This document shows positions 56,978 through 64,000 of a stretch of 64,000 bases of DNA, piece after piece. Positions within the stretch are counted from its first letter, which is position 1; each line of letters opens with the position of its first letter. Below the pieces are notes generated by a model. That model was not told where the DNA came from. It did no database searches and saw nothing but the letters and a program-made list of their open reading frames with translations. The DNA is from Thermoplasmata archaeon (GTDB taxonomy: Archaea > Thermoplasmatota > Thermoplasmata > RBG-16-68-12 > JAFNFQ01): positions 224,001 to 288,000 of the forward strand of contig JBGPQV010000001.1 of assembly GCA_041489255.1 (NCBI GenBank). The letters are read 5' to 3'. The position numbers and the translations under genes are program-made.

Positions 56978-59077
56978 ATGAAGCACCGACTCGAGCCAGT
57001 GTTCTTTCCTCGTGCAATCGCTGTCATCGGGGCATCCCGCCACAAGGAGAAAGTGGGCTACGCGATCATGCACAACCTCGTCGTGAACGAGTATCAAGGC
57101 ACTCTGTTTCCGATCAATCCGAATGCCGAGTCCGTTCACTCCGTCAAGTGCTACCCGAGCATCTCTGAGGTGCCGGGACCGGTCGATCTGGCCATCATCG
57201 TCGTGCCCGCGGCGCACGTGCTGGAGGTGATGGAAGAGTGCGGCAAGAAAGGGGTCAGGGGCGCTGTCGTCATCACCGCCGGTTTCAAGGAGACCGGCGG
57301 GAAGGGAGAGACGCTGGAGAGGCAGCTCAGGGCTGTCGTCAGGAAGCACGGCATGGCGATGATCGGACCGAACTGCATGGGCATCATCAACACGCACAAG
57401 GATATCCAGATGGATGCCACATTCGCTCCGACGCCGCCCCTGCCAGGACACATCTCCTTCATGTCCCAGAGCGGCGCGCTCGGTGTGGGCATTCTCGACC
57501 ATGCGACCACGCTGAGGCTGGGCATCAACCAGTTCGTCAGCCTAGGCAACAAAGCCGATGTGTCTGGCAATGACTTGCTGGAGTACTGGCAGCAGGATCC
57601 CAACACCAAGATCATTCTGATGTACATCGAGAATGTTGGAAATCCCGGCAACTTCCTGAAAATCGCACGGAGGCTGACGAAGAAGAAACCGGTAATCGCC
57701 GTCAAGTCCGGGAAGACGGAAGCGGGCGCTAAAGCCGCCTTGAGCCATACGGCCTCATTGGCGGGAAGCGACGTGGCCGTGGACGCGCTGTTCCATCAAT
57801 GCGGCGTGATCCGTGTGGATACAATCGAGGAGCTCTTCGACATGGCCATGGCGTTTTCTCACCAGCGCCTGCCCAAGGGCAAGCGCGTTGCGCTCGTGAC
57901 TGACGCCGGAGGACCTGGCATCATGGCAACAGACGTGCTGGTGAGCATGGGCATGGAGATTGCACATCTGAGACAGGATACGCTCGATGAAATCAGGAAA
58001 CATGTTGTTGACGAAGCGATAGTGTCGAATCCGGTCGACCTGACCGCGCACGGGAATCCGGACAGCTACGGACACGCACTCGACGCGGTGCTCCGGGACG
58101 ATGGCGTGGATTCCGCGCTTGCGATATTCGTCCCGCCGCTGCCCCATGAGGAGATACCCGTGGCTCAGGCGATCTGGCAGACCGCGAAGAAACACAGCAA
58201 GCCGGTGCTTTGCTGCTTCCTCACGAAAAATGAGGAATCCCCTGGGTTCGTCGAGCTTGTGACGAACGGCATCCCGGCCTTCCTTTTTCCGGAGAGCGCC
58301 GCGACGGCCCTCGCGACGATGACGCGCTATACGGAGTACCTCAAGCGCGACGAGGGTTCGTTCAAGAGCTTCAAGGTCCAGAAGAGCGCAGCGGCCAAGA
58401 TCATCAAGTCGGCCAGGGACACCGGCGGGCAACGTGTCAGGGAGAAGGAAGCCTTGGACCTCTTCAAGGACTACGGGTTCGATGTGGCCAAGAGCCTGTT
58501 CGCGAAGAACAAGGAGGACGCGCTGAAGTGCGCGAAGAGCATCGGCTATCCTGTCGTCGTGAAGGCGGTCGGGCCGAAACTAATCCACAAGACCGAGTTC
58601 AAAGCTGTGGCGGTGAACATCAAGAGCGAAAGGGCACTCAAGGCGACCTTGAACGAGATGTGCGGGAGATTCACCTCGCAGGGCGTCGAGACTGACGGGT
58701 TCCTCGTGCAGGAGATGGTCAAGGGAGGAATGGAATGCATCCTTGGCATGAAGTCCTACAAGCACTTCGGACACCTGCTCGCATTCGGCCTCGGAGGGAT
58801 ATTCGTGGAGTACCTCAAGGACGTGAGCTTCGCGCTCGCGCCGACCACGGACATGGACGCGAAACGCATGATCCAGTCGATAAAGACCTACCCGCTGCTG
58901 AAGGGGGCGCGCGGTGGCCCAGCCATGGACGAGGCCTCCTTGCAGGACGCGATACTCAGGCTATCCCAGCTGGTCGGGGAGCAGGAGGGCATCGAGGAGA
59001 TAGACATCAATCCCTTGATCGTGCTGCCTGACGGTAAGGGCTGCAAGGTCGTGGACGCAAGGGTAATCCTCCGCTGA
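56978..59077 (+). CDS. ADP-forming acetate/acyl-CoA ligase, fused alpha-beta
   Basis: AVIGAS, GPNCMG, SQSGA, LGNKAD, SHTASLAG (phospho-His), ATP-grasp HKTE, DINP. Confidence 0.92.
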   Translation: MKHRLEPVFFPRAIAVIGASRHKEKVGYAIMHNLVVNEYQGTLFPINPNAESVHSVKCYPSISEVPGPVDLAIIVVPAAHVLEVMEECGKKGVRGAVVITAGFKETGGKGETLERQLRAVVRKHGMAMIGPNCMGIINTHKDIQMDATFAPTPPLPGHISFMSQSGALGVGILDHATTLRLGINQFVSLGNKADVSGNDLLEYWQQDPNTKIILMYIENVGNPGNFLKIARRLTKKKPVIAVKSGKTEAGAKAALSHTASLAGSDVAVDALFHQCGVIRVDTIEELFDMAMAFSHQRLPKGKRVALVTDAGGPGIMATDVLVSMGMEIAHLRQDTLDEIRKHVVDEAIVSNPVDLTAHGNPDSYGHALDAVLRDDGVDSALAIFVPPLPHEEIPVAQAIWQTAKKHSKPVLCCFLTKNEESPGFVELVTNGIPAFLFPESAATALATMTRYTEYLKRDEGSFKSFKVQKSAAAKIIKSARDTGGQRVREKEALDLFKDYGFDVAKSLFAKNKEDALKCAKSIGYPVVVKAVGPKLIHKTEFKAVAVNIKSERALKATLNEMCGRFTSQGVETDGFLVQEMVKGGMECILGMKSYKHFGHLLAFGLGGIFVEYLKDVSFALAPTTDMDAKRMIQSIKTYPLLKGARGGPAMDEASLQDAILRLSQLVGEQEGIEEIDINPLIVLPDGKGCKVVDARVILR

Positions 59078-59121
59078 CCGCGTTCGGAAGCGAGATAAAT
59101 CGGACATGCATGTCGTCATGC

Positions 59122-59631
59122 ATGACCGAAACAAGGTTCTCTCTGCCGTTCCGTGGCGGAAGCGTGACCGTTGTTGAGAGGGACGGGGCAGTCTTCCAGG
59201 TCGGCATCTCCGGCGCGCGCCCGACGGGGAACACCCCGCGTACAGGGCTCGCAGGGGACATGAGGAGGTATCTGGCGGGCGAGAAAGTGTCATTCGACCG
59301 GTACAAGGTGGATTACTCAGGATATACCGAGTTCCGGAAGCACGTCTTGAAGACGGCGCGGAGGATACCGCATGGAGAAATCCGCAGCTACGGACAGGTC
59401 GCCGAGGCTGCCGGCAAGCCGCGGGCATACAGGGCCGTGGGCTCGACCATGGCGAACAACCGGATCTGCATAATCGTGCCTTGTCACAGGGTCGTTGGAG
59501 CCAACGGCCTCGGAGGGTTCACCGGATCACTGGATCACAAGATTGCGCTGCTTGAACTCGAAGGAATCTCGAAGGAACGCTGGCTCACTCGGAAATATCA
59601 GGGAAATGATGCGGAAAAATCCTCGCGGTGA
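59122..59631 (+). CDS. ogt: Methylated-DNA--protein-cysteine methyltransferase
   Basis: IPHGE..SYGQVA, RAVG, IVPCHRVV, GGF...K..LL.LE. Confidence 0.93.
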   Translation: MTETRFSLPFRGGSVTVVERDGAVFQVGISGARPTGNTPRTGLAGDMRRYLAGEKVSFDRYKVDYSGYTEFRKHVLKTARRIPHGEIRSYGQVAEAAGKPRAYRAVGSTMANNRICIIVPCHRVVGANGLGGFTGSLDHKIALLELEGISKERWLTRKYQGNDAEKSSR

Positions 59632-60894
59632 TTACGACGGCTGGGACACGTACCAGAACCAGATCAGATAGACCCCTGCGATTATCAAGGCTATCCCGCT
59701 GATTTTCTTGATCACGTTGACATAGCGGTTCATCTTCTTGACCGCCGCTTGTCCTGCTTCGCTCAGGAGGACCGTTATGGCGATCATGAGGGCGATGACA
59801 ATCGCGGAGTAGATGACGAGAACGAGCACCCCGAACATGATGTTGCCGTAGATCGATGCGTTCAGTATGGCGGCTATAAAAGGCGGAGCGACACACGCGA
59901 AGCCTGCAGCACCGTAGCCCACCCCATACACGAACATCTTGGGGCCGATTCCCATTTCCTTTCCTTCCTTGCTCGGGAGGATACGCTGCCTGAGCTTGCG
60001 GAACGGCTCGATTAGCTTGTGATACTGGAGCGGGGTCAGCGTTAGGGCACCGAGGATTATCAGAATCACGCCGACGTAGAGGCCGAGGGAACCCACGAAG
60101 GCAGCGGCGGAATAGCCGATGGCGAATACGATGACCGCGATTATGCCATAAACCACAATCATCCCGAGTGCCGCAAGGAAACCCCTTCCGGCCGCGGTGC
60201 GTGTGGACGGTTTCTGCTTCGAGCCTGCATCGATCCCGAGATAGTATGCCATGTAGCCTGGGAGCAGGGGGAAGGAGCAGGGGGAGAAGAAGGACCCGAC
60301 AGCAGCGAGTATCGCCAGCGAGTACACGCTCACCTGTGCCACTGCCGCCGACCCTCCCGTGCCGGAAATCGCGGCGGATATCTGTTTTCGCATTTCCTCC
60401 TTCTGTGCCGTGGGATCAAAGCCGCCCGTCGGATTAAATACCCAAGTGATGCCGCCGCCCTTGTCAACAATAACGACCTTCGGGAGTTCTTGGCCTACAG
60501 AATACTTCGTGTTAAGGGAGTCGGTGTCCTTGGCGACCAGCCAGGTTATATTCTGATCGTCCCTGTAAGCCCTCAAATCACTCTCCGTGTCGAATAACAA
60601 GACATCGATGCTTATCACCTGGAGATCGCCGACAAAGGATGGGACGATGTCCTTCAGGTTGTTAGCCACTATTGCGCAGCCCGGGCAGGCGATGTACATG
60701 AAGTCGAGGAGAACGACGTGATTGTTCCTATACTGACTGAGGGTGATATCGACGGGAGGTTCGTCGACACTCTTGATGCTAAAATCGGGAGCAATCGAGG
60801 TCTGGGGCGACATGACCGTTATCGCCACGACTATCAGGACGACTACGAGTATCAGGGTCACAGCGACAATGAGACTAGATTTGACCGAACTCAT
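59632..60894 (-). CDS. Redoxin (TlpA-like) fused to CcdA/DsbD-like membrane domain
   Basis: APDF, CPGC, SFFSPCSFPLLP, ACVAP. Confidence 0.88.
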   Translation of the reverse strand: MSSVKSSLIVAVTLILVVVLIVVAITVMSPQTSIAPDFSIKSVDEPPVDITLSQYRNNHVVLLDFMYIACPGCAIVANNLKDIVPSFVGDLQVISIDVLLFDTESDLRAYRDDQNITWLVAKDTDSLNTKYSVGQELPKVVIVDKGGGITWVFNPTGGFDPTAQKEEMRKQISAAISGTGGSAAVAQVSVYSLAILAAVGSFFSPCSFPLLPGYMAYYLGIDAGSKQKPSTRTAAGRGFLAALGMIVVYGIIAVIVFAIGYSAAAFVGSLGLYVGVILIILGALTLTPLQYHKLIEPFRKLRQRILPSKEGKEMGIGPKMFVYGVGYGAAGFACVAPPFIAAILNASIYGNIMFGVLVLVIYSAIVIALMIAITVLLSEAGQAAVKKMNRYVNVIKKISGIALIIAGVYLIWFWYVSQPS

Positions 60895-60976
60895 CCGGGC
60901 CGATAAAGTCCAGTGATACTACCCCCTATAAACCCTTGTAATGAACAGTCTGTATGTCCGGGCAGGCAGGTCCCTA

Positions 60977-61672
60977 TCAACTTCGCCTGGGAGCGATGGT
61001 GAACGAAAACGAGGCATTCGAATCCGGAGTCGTCGCCCTCAATTCCTTCAGCCTGACCACCTCCGGCCCGAGGTCCGCCAGCTGCTGCAACATCCCGTCT
61101 ACGTGGCCTTCGCCAACCACCGCCACCACCCGCTCGTACTTCGAGGCCAACTGTCGCACTCCCTGCGCGATGTACTTGTCCCTGTCGTCTATGAGTATCT
61201 TCTTAACCGAGGGGAACTGGCTGGCGAACTCGTCAAGGTAGGATGTGCGATCCTCGTCGAACCTCTTGAGCTCCCTCTCCACCTGCTTTTTCCCAACAAA
61301 GAGCGCCGCAATTGTGGAGACGAAGAGCTTCACCTTCTCCTCGAACGTCATCGATCCCCAGAGACGGGAGAGGACCATTCCTGAGTCCATGTCCAGGAAC
61401 GCGATGTCGGCCCCGACCTCGCCGGCGGCTTTGGTCGCCGCCAGCATCTCGTCGCCCACCTCGACCCCATATTCGTGCGCTATCCTCCTCTGGAAGTGCG
61501 AGAGAAGGCGGTAGAGAACACCAGTGTCCTCCCGCCCGTGGCGGTTATTGAGGGCGTGATACCTCTCCTGATCAAGCTCGACCCCGACCACGGTCGGCTG
61601 GCGGCTGACGACGACCTGCCTGACCTGCCCGCCGATGTCGAAAACGTGGCCCACGCCGATGATCGTGATCAT
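60977..61672 (-). CDS. TraB/GumN family protein
   Basis: IGVGHV, VELD..R, EM..A, RDKYIA, VVGEGHVDG. Confidence 0.88.
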   Translation of the reverse strand: MITIIGVGHVFDIGGQVRQVVVSRQPTVVGVELDQERYHALNNRHGREDTGVLYRLLSHFQRRIAHEYGVEVGDEMLAATKAAGEVGADIAFLDMDSGMVLSRLWGSMTFEEKVKLFVSTIAALFVGKKQVERELKRFDEDRTSYLDEFASQFPSVKKILIDDRDKYIAQGVRQLASKYERVVAVVGEGHVDGMLQQLADLGPEVVRLKELRATTPDSNASFSFTIAPRRS

Positions 61673-61714
61673 CCAGATGACGAAGGCAACCGTCGCATAT
61701 GAGACTATCGCGGA

Positions 61715-62245
61715 CTACGGCCTCAGCTCCAGCCAGGCCTCCGCGAATCTATCCACTGCCTCGTCCAGGAACGTCGCTCGATATGAGATGAGGGCCTTCG
61801 CGATCCTTTCGGGATCGTTGAGGCTGTAGACTCTTTCCCTGCCGACGTGCTCCACCGCGAGGATGCCCGTCTGGGAGAATTTCGAGAGATGAAACGAGAG
61901 CGTGGACTTCGCCTTGCCGAACGATTCGAGCAGCTCCTGGAACGTGCGCTTGCCCGCGAGCAGGATCTCTATCGCTATCCGCCGAGGAGCCTCCTGTCTC
62001 AGGAGCACCAGCAAACGCCGCTCTCTCTCATCGAAGGCGCCTCTGGCGAAATACCTCTTTCTGTTCCCCTCGAGCTGGACAGAGACCAATCCCGCTTTCT
62101 CCAGATAAGAGAGGTGATACTCCGCCTCGCCAACCTCAAGACCCGCCGCCCTCTGGATCTCCCTGAAGTACATCCCGGGGACGGAAGATATCTTGCGGTA
62201 GATCCGCCGCCTCGTCTCGAGCTCGAGGGCGTCCTTCGTGCCCAT
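61715..62245 (-). CDS. Double wHTH (ArsR-like) transcriptional regulator
   Basis: RRRIY..I...PG.YFREI...YHL..LE; KSTLSFHL. Confidence 0.88.
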   Translation of the reverse strand: MGTKDALELETRRRIYRKISSVPGMYFREIQRAAGLEVGEAEYHLSYLEKAGLVSVQLEGNRKRYFARGAFDERERRLLVLLRQEAPRRIAIEILLAGKRTFQELLESFGKAKSTLSFHLSKFSQTGILAVEHVGRERVYSLNDPERIAKALISYRATFLDEAVDRFAEAWLELRP

Positions 62246-62248
62246 GCG

Positions 62249-62503
62249 TCATCTCTTTGCCACTGCCAGGTACATGAACAGCAGAATAATCAGGTCGAGC
62301 GCGAGTATCTCCCAAGATGCGAATGAGCTGCCCTTCAGCTCCCCGATTAGAGCGACATTGCCCATGACGAGGAACATCAGGAAAGCTATTGCAACGTATG
62401 CGAACCTGGCGTGACGCAGGCGGAAATACGACGCCAGAGAAGTCGCGAACAGAAGGAGCGAGAATCCGACTATGCACCCCGCGAGGAAGATTTCCAGAAT
62501 CAC
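62249..62503 (-). CDS. Small 3-TM membrane protein paired with the wHTH regulator
   Basis: Hydrophobic helices, SY.R...RF..V..AF; 3 nt from the regulator start. Confidence 0.75.
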   Translation of the reverse strand: MILEIFLAGCIVGFSLLLFATSLASYFRLRHARFAYVAIAFLMFLVMGNVALIGELKGSSFASWEILALDLIILLFMYLAVAKR

Positions 62504-62590
62504 GAGGCTGAATCAGGGTCGCAGCATAAAAGACTTAGGGGGGGGAGAATCGGCCGAAGAAGCTTGGCGGGAGAATCCGCAGAATCCCCA

Positions 62591-63748
62591 CTACGCGCGC
62601 CATCTCACTGGCCCGCCAAGGACTTCTCTGAAAACCTCGACTGTGCCTCTGGTCATCCGCTCGGCGGTGAAATCCTTTGACTTCTCGAGCGCCCTCAATC
62701 CGAGTTGCGCCGCGAGCGAGTCGTCGGACATCACCGCCGCGAGATGCTTCGCGAGGGTTTCGGAATCATTTGCAGGAGCTGTCAGTCCGGCTTCACCGAG
62801 CACCTCCATGGTGGTCGATATGGACGACGCAACGATAGGAGCCCCGCAAGTCATTGCCTCGAGGACGGGAAAGCCGAATCCCTCGTAGAATGCCGGATAA
62901 AGGAATGCTGTCGTCCCGGAGATCAACGCCGGGACAGACGCATCGTCCACGAAGCCCGTGATCACTGTCCTGTCGGCGATGCCAAGTCGCGACACCAATG
63001 CGCGCAACTCGGCCTCGAAGCTGGGCAGCATGCCGCCTGAGAACACGAGCTGATGCTCTTTCGAACCCGCAAGTCCGCATGCACGGTGGAAGACCTCAGC
63101 TGCCCCGAAGGTGTTCTTGTTCCAACGGTGGACGGCATGCATGAGCACGTACGGTTTCCGTATTCCGAACTTCGCCGTGACCGCCTCGACCTCGCTCTGC
63201 CCCCGCCGTCCGAAGTCCGGCGTCAAGCCGAGGGGGACCACCTTCACCTTTCCCCTTGCCGAGCGGAACACCCGCTGTATGTCCCTGCTGCTGTTCTCCG
63301 ACGGCGATATGATCGCGTCGGTCTTCCAGAGCACGGCGGGGAGCCTCGTCCTGAACTCTGTCACTCCCTTCAAGGCGAACTTCCTGGGAAACAGGTTCGC
63401 CATCACGTCCATCAGCGTGACGACATTTCGCGGTGGCCATGACAGCAGCGGCAAGCCGACGCAGGCGGGCTCGAAGATCATGTCCACATGATTGCGCTGC
63501 AGGGCCTTGGCGAAGGCCACCTCCCACGAAATGAAGAAAGGAAGTGGGATTTTCGAGGAATACCGCCCATACTCCACATGCTCGTACATCTCGTAGAACT
63601 GGTTGGGCGAGGGATCCCTGTGAAAAAGGATGTAATCGTTTTCCTTGTCGATGTCGCGGAGGTAGGTGAGGATGTTGCTCAGGTACCGGCTCTGCCCGGT
63701 CCCCTTGCCCTGCTTGTAGAGTGTGTTGGAGATTATGCCGACCCTCAC
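62591..63748 (-). CDS. Glycosyltransferase family 4
   Basis: YEGFGFPVLEAMTCGAP, K in WNKN. Confidence 0.92.
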   Translation of the reverse strand: MRVGIISNTLYKQGKGTGQSRYLSNILTYLRDIDKENDYILFHRDPSPNQFYEMYEHVEYGRYSSKIPLPFFISWEVAFAKALQRNHVDMIFEPACVGLPLLSWPPRNVVTLMDVMANLFPRKFALKGVTEFRTRLPAVLWKTDAIISPSENSSRDIQRVFRSARGKVKVVPLGLTPDFGRRGQSEVEAVTAKFGIRKPYVLMHAVHRWNKNTFGAAEVFHRACGLAGSKEHQLVFSGGMLPSFEAELRALVSRLGIADRTVITGFVDDASVPALISGTTAFLYPAFYEGFGFPVLEAMTCGAPIVASSISTTMEVLGEAGLTAPANDSETLAKHLAAVMSDDSLAAQLGLRALEKSKDFTAERMTRGTVEVFREVLGGPVRWRA

Positions 63749-63968
63749 TCTTCCTCACTGTCCTCTTTTTGCGACATGCACGCCGGAGGCGCTCATTAGC
63801 CTATCTGCGTCCTGTGTTCGACCATTGTACCAAATCCCATATATCTAGACCGCGGCTTCGAAGTGACCAGAGGCTTCGTCTATTATCTGCCCACATAATA
63901 GATTTCCTCCGTGAGGGGGAAAAGCCTCCTCCATTCTTTTTTTGAAAAGCTGGAGGGGCGCGGACAAC

Positions 63969-64000
63969 ATGAAGCGCGTCGTAGCGATACTGGCACTGGC
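63969..64000 (+). CDS. Start of a probable secreted protein (runs off the window)
   Basis: GGAGG then MKRVVAILAL (signal-peptide-like). Confidence 0.5.
   Translation, partial: MKRVVAILAL

Noticed and set aside
56978-59077. Protein lysine acetyltransferase (Pat/Pka)
   Set aside because: No GNAT domain and the catalytic His (SHT) is retained, so it is an acyl-CoA ligase

Overview
GC-rich archaeal chromosome segment, most likely an uncultured Thermoplasmatota/Thermoplasmata. This is an inference from fibrillarin, uS15, eL37+LSm, Orc1/Cdc6, Cdc48, grpE-dnaK-dnaJ, DUF835, a KaiC/RAD55-like ATPase, a Rab-like GTPase and CCA-less tRNA genes. Most of the window is housekeeping, proteostasis and redox genes. 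The standout is a tightly coupled three-gene minus-strand operon (45735-48752). It encodes a bacterial-type ARC/Mpa proteasomal ATPase, a single PafA/Dop-family enzyme, and an unannotated 58-aa Pup/UBact-like small protein (missed by the ORF track) with an atypical extended C-terminus (...RYKAQKGQGGDRRT). A long hairpin sits in its leader. It looks like a minimal pupylation-like tagging system in an archaeon. Other notable items: tRNA-Leu(TAA) with a 30-nt bulge-helix-bulge intron in the T-loop (59/60); an FtsZ paralog lacking the T7 catalytic loop and tail; an M29 aminopeptidase homolog missing most metal ligands; a B12-binding protein coupled to a MacB/Lol-type ABC transporter; an hgcC-like/arsM pair with a 9-bp-periodic operator; an 11-bp tandem repeat; and decayed gene remnants. 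No CRISPR array, rRNA or recognisable transposase/integrase was seen. All family calls come from motif recognition by eye, not database searches.
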